NCBI GenBank assembly: GCA_973895155.1 | Contig: OZ316895.1 | Location: 13,822,225 to 13,886,224, forward strand | DNA from: Marsupella aquatica | Lineage: Eukaryota > Plantae > Marchantiophyta | DNA length: 64,000 nt | Direction: 5' to 3' | Shown here: piece by piece, positions 1 through 12,952 of the stretch | Layout of the letters: the number at the start of each line of letters is the position of its first letter | Numbering within the stretch: position 1 is the stretch's first letter | Translations under genes and position numbers: made by a program | Notes under the pieces: model-generated | Database searches by the model: none | What the model was told of the DNA's origin: nothing | The model's input: only the letters and a program-made list of their open reading frames with translations

Positions 1-1697
1 TTGATTGAAAGTTATGGGCCATGAAAATAACAAGGAAAGTATTATGTTCTATATATTTCCATGGTCACTTGGGGGTCATAGTACCTTGCACCTCTTCTTG
101 TGAGTTTTCCTTTGTATTTCGGGATGGAGCCAGTGTTTTTTTCTAAGCAAATTTACACATTGTCTATCAGGTGAAGTGGCTTCCAAATGAAACCAGTTTA
201 AAAACAGTTTTAGAATGATTTGCCAAAATCAAGGTTCCAGATCTGAAACAAACCTACTGGTCACAATGTGTCCGTACAAAGATTTAGTGTTCACAATGTG
301 ACCATACAAATATTTTTGCTAAGCAGTGGCTTCTCAACATGCCCTAAGTGCAACCTGCCCAAATAACAAAAGGAAATCTTGGATAGAACTATGGAGGGAA
401 TGAAAATACAAGGGATGGAACCATAGAGCCCTTATCCCCTTGGCAACCTGGCCGCTATAGTAGATTCTCATTTAAAATCTCGAAAGTCATTGGCTTCTCT
501 TGAGCATAAGTTTTTGAAGTAGGGTTTACTCTCCATAAGGCATGGGCGTCAACCTTCACCTTCACATTCTACACCTCACTAGCCCCGACTACACATTATT
601 TGAACGTGAATAGCAGAGAGAACAGTAAAAATGTCATCAAAACATATTCTCCAGTCAGAGTCAATGTCATTTTCCAGGAATTAATGTTGTGGGGGGAAAA
701 TGCTTGTCCACACACTCTTGACCAAAGACCAGACCAAACCTCTTTTTTTTGTTTGGGGGGGGTGTGATTTTTTCTGCTGCCTTTACAGGTTTGAGACTCC
801 CTACTTAGTTAACACACTTAAAAGCCTACAGAGATTCTTATTTTTTATTATTTGCACTTTTGTCTTTTTAGTAGAAGTACAAGCTAAATTTCATATTGTG
901 CCGATCCAAATCTTGACTGTGAAAATTACAAAGAGAAAGTGACACTGGAAAACCACAATGGGCCTAATAAGGAAGATTGGTGGTCCGCAACCAGAGACTC
1001 TCCGCATCGCCCTCTAGAGCAGAGAGCAGAGAGCAGAGTATGGAACTATGGATGTAACAGAGTAAACCCATGGAGCAAGAAAGCGAGAAAAAAGCGCGAA
1101 AACTCAAAACCAAACGGGAGGCACTGTGGAATGCTTGCGCTTCAGTCTTCACCATCGCCAATCGTAGATTGATCGAAGAAGGACAGCGCTCAGCAGCGAG
1201 TTTGTAGTGTGGCTTGAATCGGCTTTACTGCAGTGGCTCGGCTCCGAGTTGTCAACAAGTTGCTGCATGACAGAATCCCGCGCTGGATTACCGACTGGGA
1301 GGAGGGTGAAGTGTGTTAAGATCGGATTCGATTGAATTAGGGCTGCATCGGCCATCGGATTGGAGTGGATTCGGAATAGACTGGAAGAACTTCGGCGTGT
1401 AAGTGCTGAAAATCAGTCCAATAGCTACTCTAAAGGTTGCGATTGTTCGCTGAAACGTGGTGACTGTCAGCATTTTTTGTTAAAGTTTTTTCCGAGTGAG
1501 CACGAGCGCGGCGAGGGAATACCTTGGGTGTCGTGCGCACGTCTGCTGTCTCCGAGAAAGAGCTGATAGTTGCAGCAGCGTGTATGAAATCAAGCAGTTT
1601 AGTCCTTGGTGCTGATGCGCACCATAAAACTATTGGGAAGATCGGGCATCGAGACGAAAAAGAGTCTTGCGCAATGATTGATTTTTCGTGGGAAGGC

Positions 1698-3218
1698 ATG
1701 GAAGTGCTGCCGGACGCGATTCAGCAGCACATTCTCGGATTCGTCCGAAGTGCGCGAGACGTGGCGTCGTGTTCGTGCGTTTCTAAGAAATGGAAGGAGT
1801 CGATGACACAAGTTCGCAGCCTCTATTTCGCGCGAAATGTCGGGGACGAGCAGGGAATTCTACCGGATTTGATAGTCACTCGAATGGTTTTGAGTATGAC
1901 TGCATTGCAAGAGCTCATCGTCTACTGCCCGTTCTCGAACGTGAGCCTGCTGGCGTGGCTTACCCACACCAAGGAAACCCTGAAGATTCTAGAGCTCCGG
2001 GTGGACGATTTAGGCGACAAGAGAATGGGAAATAGCAGCATGAATAAACTGGACTGTGTCGCATTGTCGACGCATTTGCACACTCTTCGGCTCTGGGGGG
2101 TGCTACTGACGAACACTCCCCCTGATTGGCGCTGTTTTCACAATCTACACACGTTAGAAATCGTCGGAGCTCGCTTACGGGATTCTGCTCTATGTGGCAT
2201 CCTTCATGCGTGCCCATATTTGACCAATCTCACTCTACTCGGTTGCGAGGGAATCAGGGTGGCGTGTATTGAGTTGGAGCGGTTGACACACTGCAGACTG
2301 GACTTGTACGGAGCAGGGGACTGCATTGTCTCTATTATCGCGCCAAAGCTGCAAGTACTTGAAGTTCAAGGCGCTTCCTGGTTGAGAATTAAAGGCAATC
2401 ACTGCCTATGTCATCTTTCCGTGGCTAACAATTCAGGTAAACTCATGAATCACCCATTCCAATAGACGTCGTCATGAAACTTCACCTCGAAAGCATTGTA
2501 TGGTGTCTACTTGTTCACTTCTTTTCGTACCTGATTTTCATTTTTCTGACCAAAGGCAGGTGCTGTTGTGGAACAGGTAAAGTAAAGAAGCTAGACGTAG
2601 GAAGGCTCCCCGACCTTCAGTCTCTTTCTTTAAGAGGTGTGCACTGGCATTGGGAAGCTATCAACACTGTGCTTCAATCCGCCACGGAGCTGAAAGAGCT
2701 GTCGATGAGAGTGGAATTTTGTGGCGACGCGGATAAACTAGAACCTTTTCCTGAAATAGATTTTGTTGATTTCTTCAATAGCCATCCGAAGCTTCGAAGT
2801 TTTGAAGCTCAAGGAGCAATGTTCGCCGCCGTCGCGAACAGAAACAGTCTTAAGCAGGTGACGACCATTTCTATCTCTCGGCAATACTCACTCAACTTGT
2901 TCTCTTGTCTCTAAATCTTCATGACAGGAAGTTGATAATTAGTAATTAGTATCTAATTGAAGTTCCGTGACTCGTTCTGCGCAGTTGACTCCTACAACTG
3001 TGATACCAAGTTTGGAGGAGGCGTGGGTGACAATCCGATCACCTCTCAACGCTGATCAGAAACTCGCTTCTTTAGAATCTCTTGTGAGATGCAGTCCACG
3101 GCTCCGGCGCCTCCACATAAGGCTCTCGCAGATGAAGAATTGCGAACCAGTTGCGGATGAGTTCTTTTTCAGGGTTCTTGGCCTAAAGTTTCGGTATGAG
3201 TTCATTAAGATTGAGTAG
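1698..3218 (+). CDS. F-box/LRR (RNI-like) protein, At1g10780-like; 3 coding exons
   Basis: N-terminal F-box MEVLPDAIQQHILGFVRSARDVASCSCVSKKWKES followed by LRR-like repeats. Exons 1698-2436, 2577-2857 and 2985-3218 join in frame through GT-AG introns. In-frame upstream ATGs at 1584 and 1674 are alternative starts. Possible 5'UTR intron at about 1399-1575. Confidence 0.9.
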
Positions 3219-3653
3219 CCTTTCCCGTTGGACCGAATTAGTTCATCACGTCTCGTCCTTGACAACTTTTTGCTCTTTCGCGAAGGAGTAAGCTTCAGAG
3301 TACATTGCCCAGCGCCGAGCCCGGAGAATTTCAACAGTGGCTTCATCTGCCATTTGGAGGAAAACTTACAGTAGCATTTCCACACGTACGCGCTCAATGA
3401 GCCTCATCTTGCCATTGCGGAATCTTTCAACTGTAAATACATTCTTTGGAGCAATTTCAAATGGTAGATTGTCCTCTCAAGGGATTCAATTCAAAGATTG
3501 GGTTCGCCACTTTTCAATTAAAGGATGTTGGCCTGCTGGGTGGAATTTTGTTACCATAAAGAACTCAATAGAGTTCATTGTTGGAGGTGACCAATCGCTC
3601 CCGTTTCCTCTTGAGCACCATGGCTGGTCCCAGAGTGTAGCCCGCACCTCATG

Positions 3654-3978
3654 ACAGTTTTGTTGGAATTTGGGGATCGAATGCAGGGACAATCCAACAC
3701 TTGGTCACAATGGCCAATTCTTAGGCGCCCCTCATTACAGTTTTGTTGGAATCTGGGGATCGAATTCAGTGACATTCAACATCTCGTCACAATGGCCAAT
3801 TCTTAGGCGCCCCTCGTTACAGTTTTGTTGGAATCTGGGGATCCAATTCAGCGACAGTTCAACACTCGGTCACAATGGCCAGTTCTTAGGCTCGCCTCAA
3901 TACAGTTGTTGGAATTTGGGGATCGAGTTCAGTGACCATTCAACACTTGGTCATGGTGGCCAAAGTTTAGGCACTCAT
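3654..3978. repeat. Tandem repeat, about 83 bp unit x 4
   Basis: Unit acagttttgttggaat(t/c)tggggatc...gtcacaatggccaattcttaggcgcccctc restarts at 3654, 3737, 3819 and 3902. Confidence 0.9.
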
Positions 3979-4544
3979 CTTTGAAGATGAACAATCATCT
4001 TCAACACTTATCCTTCATATGAAGTTCAGCCCAGAAGTGAATAGTATGATAGTCTACAATTGATCCTGGAAATTAGCGAACTTTGCAATGCTTGTGGATG
4101 AGCTTTCCTGAGTGAGTCAATTGTGATACCACTGACGACGCTCAAACACGACATCGTGATTGTCTATTGGGCAGGCTACTACTGCTGACTGTGGTCTGAG
4201 TTTCTAGATCCGACGTTTAATTTAATGCTTCTTACTCATCGATGAAGATTTTTTCTAGCGCATTCTCACCTCTCTTGTTATTGTAGTCAAAGATTTTGCA
4301 AAATTCAACTTCGGAGGAATCTTGATTCTCGGCTTGACATGATTGTGTGCCTGTTTGTACATACTGGTTTTGATACTTGCCTCTCATTGCTGCCATTATT
4401 CCTTCGACTCTAAGTCTCCATCCTATTCACATTATGTGGCATGATTTAGAAAGCAAAATAGTTTTAGAAGAGAATCAACCACTGTAATTTGAGATCCAAC
4501 CACATCACTCCCACTCTTGTGGTCTGTTTACAACCTTTTTACAA

Positions 4545-4790
4545 ACTTGAAAAAGGAGGGATGCCAAGATCACTCTCATGGTCTGTTTGCAACCTTGAAA
4601 AAGGAGTGATCTAGATGCCAAGATCACTCTCATGCTCGTTTTCCTAATTTGAAAAAGGAGGGAGTGCCCAATGGTATATATCTTTGCTTGTTACAAACGT
4701 GAAGGACCTATGCCAAGATCAGTCTCACGCTCTGTTCACTACCTTGAAAAGGAGGGAGTGACCAAAGGGTATATTTTTGCTTTTACAGTA
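4545..4790. repeat. Degenerate tandem repeat (ttgaaaaaggagg / gccaagatcactctca)
   Basis: ttgaaaaaggag occurs about 4 times and gccaagatca(c/g)tctca 3 times. Confidence 0.75.
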
Positions 4791-5632
4791 AGATACACGG
4801 TATATATATATGGTACAGTAGTTATCGTATATGCCAACCACTAACCACCTCCATGTGAGTACAAGATACACTGGCATAAAAGATTTTGTTGTAGAGGACT
4901 GGAATTTTCATTTATTTTGGGACTACTATTGTTTTTTTCATCTCCCTTTTTTCAGCTATTTTTAATTGTGTTGGAGGGAAGAAAAGGGTGAGGGAGCAAA
5001 GATGAAGGGCAAGGGAGAGATAAAAGACTCACAAGGAGTGTTTATGCTCAATAACCCATGGGCTGGAGGGGGTCATGGGATGTAACCCCCTCAGGCTTAT
5101 CACCCTCATGGATTACGCCCCTAATTCCCTCCATGGGTTACCCAGTTCTAAAAAGTAATGCAGTGCCATCCTGGTATCAAAAATTCAGGAATTATTAAGT
5201 TTTGGCCCTGGAATAATACTTTGGGGTGTTTGTGTCAAAACTCAAAAGAATTTTGTGAAGTAAATTTTAAGAATATTGGAATTATCTTGATGTAAGCATT
5301 ATTTTAAATAATTTTTTTTAAAATAAATAAATAAGGAGAATAATAACAAAGAAAGTAATGCCCAGATTGGAGACCCATTGTCTATGGCAACTATATAATG
5401 TCCCAAAAAGGTCTAGCTTCAGCTTGAGTTTTGAGAGGTTAATATTACCCATAATGCTCCCGAACAGGAATTCATTACATAAATCACAACCTGCCCTGTA
5501 AGATCTCATTATAGGTTTCAGTTTCAATAGGAATGGGCTTGAGTTCCACCTTTTGTGCTGACTGCTCCACCTTTCATGAGCACACCACAGGACATGAATG
5601 AGGGTAATGACATGAATGAGAATAACTAAGAA

Positions 5633-5818
5633 GGGAAGGGGGCTTTCATAAAGTCAGGTGTGGCTTAGGCTTGAGAGATGTTTAGTAGCAACTAGCCAGG
5701 GAAGGGGGCTTTCATGAAGGCAGGTGTGGTTTAGGCTTGAGAGATTTTTAGTAGCAAGTAGGCAGGGAAGGAGGCTTTTATAAAGGCAGGTGTAATTTAG
5801 CTTAAGAGATTTTTAGTT
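5633..5818. repeat. Tandem repeat, about 66 bp unit x 3
   Basis: Unit gggaagggggctttca...caggtgtgg.ttaggcttgagagat..ttagtagcaa restarts at about 5633, 5699 and 5765. Confidence 0.85.
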
Positions 5819-6043
5819 TTTCAGACTTTAGCAAAAGTAGAGGAAAAACTTTCTAAAAAGTTGATCCAGATCTTCACCAGGGCATATGCTCCAGAATGCC
5901 GTGTAAAATACAAAGCGAAAAATCACGAAGGGCGAATCTGTGGAGACATACAAACCAAGAAGAAATTGGAGTTCAGAGTTTCGCTTGCACGCTGAGAATT
6001 GTGTTCTTTGCCAGCAGAGGACATTAAGCTGTTGTCGAGCGGA

Positions 6044-6232
6044 TATGGAGGAGAGCATGTGAGGAAGAGTTCAAGGGTGAACGCTCATGATGACGAGGGA
6101 TTGGAGCAGGGTGAAGGGAGCAACAAGACTCTACCAGAGCTCTTGGTAGAAAGGATTCTGGCATTGATGCCTTTCCCATTCGTATTCAAGGCTCCGGGTT
6201 TCTCCAAATCATGGCTGACCAAGGTCTCGTGA
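6044..6232 (+). pseudogene. F-box gene fragment (probable pseudogene)
   Basis: The frame reads LPELLVERILALMPFPFVFKAPGFSKSWLTK, an F-box signature, and stops immediately after. Another coding-like helical fragment follows at about 6520-6770, separated by stops. Confidence 0.6.
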
Positions 6233-6947
6233 ATTGAGTCCCAAGATGACGTTGTCTAAATGTGATGCAGAGGACCAGCACTACCCCGGATGGAACCTCT
6301 GGTGCGCTTTCATCGTATTTGAAATACACAGAACCACAGAATTGTAATATGCATCTCATCACAGCACTGTTACTCTGATACATTGATTTCTCTGCTCTGG
6401 ACACCGCACTTGTAGACGGTGCTCAAATGGAGATTTTCTTCCATTCGATGAGATGCTATGAGGAGCCGATTCTTCCAACAATTCCAAGGAACACAAAAAC
6501 AGGGCAAGGATAGGAAGCGATAGAAGTATCACATCGAAGCCCTGGAGGCTGAAGCTGCCAAGGTCGTGCAAGGAGTACCTTCATTAATCACATGGAACGA
6601 ATGCGAAGAACAGATCAAAGATGCAATCGAGCAGTTGGAGGACGTCCAGAAGTGGCAGGAAAGTGAGATAACTGTAACGATGAATTTTAATTGGCTCTCG
6701 CAGCGGGGGGAGACCGTAATTTCTCCTGCAACTCGGACCCATGGACTGAGTGTGACCAAGGGAAGGTCATGAGCTCGCAGCTCAAGTTCACTATACCAGA
6801 ACACGATATCCTCCATTTTTAGCGAATTGAAATTGTGGGCAAATTGGCGAGAATGATCACCCAATATTCGCACCCCTAATTCACAGTACATACAAGAAAG
6901 CTTTCTCGTGCGAAGCTTGAGATTAAGCTTCGGCTGCCGGAGAGCCA

Positions 6948-7463
6948 TCACTTCAATTTGTGGAGCTTCTCTCCTCCCGAAGATACAACGATGCCATCAT
7001 TGTCTACATATATCCAATCCCCAGGCAAAATTTGGCACCCGCCTATTGCTACACGCAGATCTCGCTCTCCCTGACCTCTCTTGAAGCTCTTCACGGGATG
7101 CAATGCCAGTGCCCTAATCCCAATGTCTACGGCATTTATCTCGTCCACGTCTCGCACGCAGCCGTTCACGATGATTCCTGCCCATAGATTCTCCTTGGCG
7201 ATCTCTGCCAAGTTACCCCCCAGCAAGGCACAGCGCATGCTGCCACCTCCGTCTATGACGAGCACGTTGCCTGCTCCCGGCTTTTCCAGAGCTTCTCGGA
7301 CGATGGTGTTGTCTTCAAATACCTTCATGGTCGTGGCAGGACCGTGAAACTGCCGACGCCGCCCGTATGATTGAAAAATCGGGGCCAGAACTGACAGCTT
7401 TCCCTCTGCGATTCTGTCCATGTGCGCATCGCATAGGTCTGTGGTGCTGACGCCCATCGCCAT
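6948..7463 (-). CDS. rraA: RraA-family protein / 4-hydroxy-4-methyl-2-oxoglutarate aldolase; intronless CDS, 171 aa
   Basis: Motifs [46 protein letters not shown] and [11 protein letters not shown]. Complete from ATG to TGA. Confidence 0.95.
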   Translation of the reverse strand: MAMGVSTTDLCDAHMDRIAEGKLSVLAPIFQSYGRRRQFHGPATTMKVFEDNTIVREALEKPGAGNVLVIDGGGSMRCALLGGNLAEIAKENLWAGIIVNGCVRDVDEINAVDIGIRALALHPVKSFKRGQGERDLRVAIGGCQILPGDWIYVDNDGIVVSSGGEKLHKLK

Positions 7464-9073
7464 CTTCGTAAACCTCTAAGGTATGATGCTTGACAAACTG
7501 CCGTCTGCCTCCCTAAGAACCGTCCCACTGATGAAGAATTCAGCAGCGGAAGCAGCTCTTGCGCTACAATTTTACTTCCAAGGTCATCCCAGAATTTAGC
7601 ACTCTCTTCCTGGTATTCTGGACCACGACCTGCCTTTTGTACCCGAGTACAACAATCGAAACAAACTCGGCTGCAGATTTCCGTCGGGTTGCGCCAGTTA
7701 ACAGAGGCTAGAGCATACTTCCGCAAATCAGGCCACAGAGGAACGAAGCACCACCGCTTAGCTTCAACCTACTACTGTAGCCCTGAGACAAAAGCTGGCA
7801 TTAGAATCGTACTCTTGAAATGGAGCAACAAGGACAACAAATTCACTGAAAAGGGCCACCAACAAAAGCGGACCCAAAAGTGATATGAACTACCAAATCA
7901 CGACCTACAAGAAAAGAAACTATCTCACCATGTCCCTCTCACCTCCGAATACGGTGGATTGTGGAAGTGGTACTGGGAGTTGGAGAAGAGAACTGCGCTC
8001 CCCAAGAGGCCCCAATGGACTCCCGGCGTGTAAGAACAGTCTTACAGAAGTAAGGACTGTACACAGCACCACTCACAATGCCACTACGTCCAAAGTTAAA
8101 AGCTCACCACCATCCGTATCGCTGCCTCTACTAAGAACTAATGAAATATTTCATAGCACGATTTGACAGTTTATGTAGGATTGTGATTGCGGGTCCCTAG
8201 AAACTGAACACGAGAATACCACCGCTTGGCAAGGTAGTAATCGAGGGGAATTTCAGTTGCGACTACCTCAGAGCACCACTCCTAGAGCTGCCCGAAAAGC
8301 TGACACGGGACAAAATAATTTTTGGGTAACTCAGTTCTCAGCTGGACAAAAGGTACCCGCATGCTTTTTCACGTGTTAAATTCCAGCAAACGCTACTGTA
8401 ATCAAATAATTTGATCCGTGGAACCCGTGAATCTGGTACATCCGCATGCTGTTTGTGTGTTTCTCAGAGTCTCGAACGATCGCCCATTACATCGCCGGCA
8501 AGTTGAGGCATGGTGGGAAGACATCACGTCCCGCACAGCTGGACGAAGCTTTCTGCTTTTATCAAGCAGAGTTGTATAAACTTTCAATCGTTAATGCAGG
8601 GCAACTGAATTCATCCGATCTGAATTGATATTGGGATTGTTGTAGAGTGTCCACAAGGTTCTTTCAGTCACCGCCATCTCCAGAGAGTACATAATTAGAT
8701 CTTCAATTACTGTATTTAGGATTCATCGCCTGTGCGCTCGATTCAGAGATTGTGGTCAATGCTTTTTGGCATTGCCATCTTCTGCTCGTCGATGTGCAAT
8801 CGTTTCAGTCACTGTCGTCAAGCTCCCACTAATTCTTGGTCATTTGCTTCTAGAATCATATGGGAAAGTAGGTCGAACATTGCATGGATATTTTGAAGGA
8901 AGCACGCAATACACGCGTATGAAGAACCAACCTCCACCGACTAACCATGGACAAAGAACCAATTGATCAAGATAACTGCGGCTAGCCACAAGTGCAAGGA
9001 CGAGCAGTAGAGAATAGGCGAAACATTTTTCTTTTTATCTTCAAGGTCGAAGCATTGCCTGAATAGCCACGTA

Positions 9074-12000
9074 CTACAGTTTCAAAACTTCATCGACAGC
9101 CAGCTCTGAGCCTAGGGCTGAGGGCGACAAATTGCTAACAGAGTTGTAGAATGCTACAAAATCCTCCAACGACAGCTCTTCCGGCCTCGCCTGTCAATGA
9201 CGAAAGACTTTTCTCAAAAACATTCATGACATGAATGGAAATGTATAATTCCAATTCATGAAATCTGAACAAAATGCGGCCATATCTTTACAGGACGCCA
9301 GATTTCGTTCTGCATCTTCTTACAGCCTCTGGATGTCTCTCTCAGCAGTGTTCATAATTGAGGACAATTTGACCAGCCTAGATTTCAAAATGTGAAAACT
9401 AGGAAACAATAATCATAGACAACATCTAGTTTTCTCAGACTTCCTTTCAGATATACCGGAAATCACCCCTCGTGCTTGACAAAGAATGCGCAGTACTACC
9501 GGTTCTAACGAAGCCACTGAAAAGACACAGGAACTGTAGTACTCACTGTCTCAGGGAAACCACTGGAAAGGAGAGCCACTTGAATGTCAGCAGGCTTGAA
9601 CATGTGCTGCAATGAATTGCGCAACATTTTCCTTTTCCCATTAAACGCTGCATTGATCTGCAGGTCCAAGAAGCAACGGTGAGGCACTGGAATGGCTACA
9701 AATTTCTCATTTAATCATTTGTTCTAGACAAACTTTTGGAGTTATTGTACTGACCATGGACATGAAAATCTTGGGCGATCCCACTGGGGGATACTCAGAT
9801 GCGGTCTTCAAGTCGAAGGAAATGACTCCACCGTCAACCTGAAATATATATTTGTAGGCATCAGGAGATGCACTGCATGTCACTAAACTTCACTCGATTC
9901 TCGGGAATACAATTTCAAGCAAGCCAGCGAACGCTTCCGATTGGTCAAACCACAGTTCCATGCATAACTACGTTTGTAAGGGATGTCATGACCACATACC
10001 CGTGGTTGAGGGAAGAATGCCTTCCGTGGCACTTTAAACTCGTACTGTGGAACTGTTAACACCTACACACCTGTATCAGTTCACATCATGATTTCATGAA
10101 GTTCCAACTATAGACATTCTATGACATTGGTTCAAACAGAAGAAATCTGCCAAGTCAACTTGTGCAACACCAATATGGGTGTTTCAAACACTTAATAGCA
10201 CACTCAATTTGCCAACAGACCTGAGAAAAAGTTGACGAGAATGGTCATGGGCCTATAGTCAACTGGTGCTGGAGCGGCATTCGTCAGCCGTAACGCTGCC
10301 TCGTCCTGTGTACCACAAAAGAATGGCATGATATAAGGTTCTTCAGGGGTCTTCTTAGAAACTGGAACTCGCGACAAAAAACCTGCATAAGAAACTCAAA
10401 GATGCTGTTGGAATTAACTTTCCCAACAAATATTACGATTGCTGTCTGGATTTAAATTGGTCAATTGTAATTTCCACCTAAGACAACACAAAAAAGTTGA
10501 AGACGCCCTCCTTTAGATCTTGACTTTCAAAATGAGGGTCAGCTTTTGAAACGGAGATCCTCTGGCTTACACGAATCTGGGTTTAGTGCCCTTTGGGTGC
10601 TGTCCTTCCTGTCTTTGCAGATTCACTTCTCAACAGGTTATGGGCCCACGCTCCACAGCAAATGAGTATACCAAATTGTATCCAAGAAACGCTGGGTCAT
10701 ATGTCAGAGGGTGAGCCCATTCACGCTGCCGTCCACTCTAAAGCAGAATGCAGGCCAAAAGGGAAGATGTGCAATTGGAGTCATGGACAAAACTTTGCAA
10801 GTGATATATCACCAGTTCTGTGTGAGGAAGTGTAGGCCCATAAACTGCTGAAGAAGGAGTATACAAAGTACTTTGATTCCAGCCCGAAAGATTAGCTCTT
10901 GGAGTATATCTGCCTAGAAGAACTGTTCTAGGATTTGGATACAAAGCATTGCATGCAGTCTATTCATAAACTCGGAAATTCCTGTCAAAAAGCATCCCGG
11001 AGACTTCTTTTGTAGCACTCACACAGCACATATCACTTCAGTTCGTACCAGAGCTGAGAGATTGATAAAGATAGGGTGACACAACTTACTTGCAGCAGCA
11101 TAACTACACGGGAGAAAATATCCCCCATTGGTAGGAGCCTTTTAAGCACATGCGTGGTTATATTGAAAGGCAGGTTGGATACAACCTGCACGAAAAGACA
11201 ATTCATACTTATAAACACCCAGGACAGTGAAAGAAGTAACGAACATGTAAGGGACAGGACAATCCCCTACTGCAGATTAAAAATTCATGATCTATACAAC
11301 AGACACCTAAAACATAATTTAGATAACAAGGTTCAATATGCAATGATAGGGCCCATATAATCAACAATTCTGCAATTCAAAGTTATCAAGTTATCAGTAT
11401 TAAAGTACTAGTCATTCTTGAAGCGAGCTCGGAGCTGCTCAAACCTAAAACAATAACATTTTTCAGTCAAGACCTAACCAAACATTTCCTGACATCTACC
11501 TTTGCCAATTTAGGCTGCTGAGAGTTCAGAGTCTCTTTCTCCAACAGCTTCCTCATTGCAGAACCGACCGGCCACTTCAGAAAGTCCAGTTGCACCACCT
11601 ATGTAATCGCTTTCAAACATTTATAGTGCGGCAACGATCCATCAGATCTTTCATACATGAGTATCAATCACACCACACGCCCAGTGACCCAGACACAAGA
11701 TCCAAACATTAATCAGGCAAGTTGGGGTCCAAGCCACAACCAGCAACGTTGTTCAACAAACCTAATACATAAATTCGTGATAGAGAACAAATTCACACCA
11801 CGACACCCGCCTCAAAGGAACAACATTTGCACGAAAGTTGTAAGATGTCTATTACCTCAACTTGGTCAGTGTCGTGAAATCTTTCACTCACTAACGATGC
11901 CATGTCAGGATCCTGCACCAAAAATTTCAGAAGCACCCCATTTATGTTCAATAACGAGAAGTAACAATCTTCTTTTCAGTCTGCCAAGTCATCCGAGAAG

Positions 12001-12952
12001 TCATCCAGAGAATCCCACCATCCCAAAAACTCACCCTACAGACTTTGCGATACCTTTTCAACAGCGATGACCTGTGCACCGGCATCCACCAAAGCTTTGG
12101 TGAGGGACCCCGTTCCTGGTCCTATTTCGAGAACCAGATCATCGGGCTGGATCTGCGCTGCATCTACCATTCGCGTGTTCACCGTCTCGTTCACCATATA
12201 ATGCTGCGCTCATAAAGCAACACCAGGCTTAGGACTCTAAAACCCATCCCCTCCAGATGATCAAGACTCACAGCCTCAAATTCAAACGGTGGACTGCCCA
12301 CCAAATGCATCAACAAAACCAGAAACCTATCAACCTGCTGCCTTGAGAATGGCGAGGATAGATCCCCTCCCCAGCAGTCCCACCCCCTGAATATATGAAT
12401 AAACTAATGACCGAATGGTTTCTAAGGTCAAGCCCCTCCTCACAGCGTCCTTCAAGGGTGCTTGACGTCCTATCCGTTCCATCAACTAAGGAGATCAATT
12501 CTGAGTGCATCAAATTATTTGTTTTAACAAGGGTTTAGATTTTCTCTCCAGACCCACCAGCACAAGGTGTAGCGCAGAGGGACAGCAAACTCTAAGGTAC
12601 ACAATGAAAAGATTGAAATCTTGCTCAGTACCTGGCCGAGCCATTTCTTCGGAAACCGGTTGCGCGATTGCAGAGCCCTGAGGGTGTTCCCAATGTCGTC
12701 CACGTTACGGTTCTGGGCTGCGGCTTGGACCACTACTTGCGAGCTTCCTGTCCTACAACACTGGATTGTTCTCGCCACCTGGTTTTCCAAGCAAATTCTT
12801 CGGTACAGAATGCCCACAGAAGAATCGAGGTTCTCTCGCAATCCTGCTGCACTACCACCACCAGCAACAGAAGAAGAGCTGCTGGTGATGCAACTAGTGC
12901 TCCTGCTGCCGCAGCAGAAGCCTCTGGACATCGCCAAGGAGCCCATGGACAT
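9074..12952 (-). CDS. PFC1: Plastid 16S rRNA adenine dimethyltransferase (KsgA/RsmA, PALEFACE1-like); 10 exons
   Basis: Exons 12952-12632, 12203-12054, 11912-11856, 11598-11500, 11185-11090, 10305-10221, 10052-10000, 9838-9755, 9657-9547 and 9190-9074 splice in frame. Motifs PKKWLGQHY, VLEIGPGTGSLT, VVSNLPFNIT, FFPQPRVD, FNGKRKMLRNSL and ARPEELS. Ser-rich, transit-peptide-like N-terminus. Confidence 0.95.

Noticed and set aside
1131-1335. Short upstream ORFs in the F-box gene leader
   Set aside because: The transcription start is unknown and the peptides match no conserved uORF I recognise; expected by chance in a long leader.
3654-3978. Repeat array resembling CRISPR
   Set aside because: Units are contiguous and similar along their whole length with no unique spacers; eukaryotic context with no cas genes.
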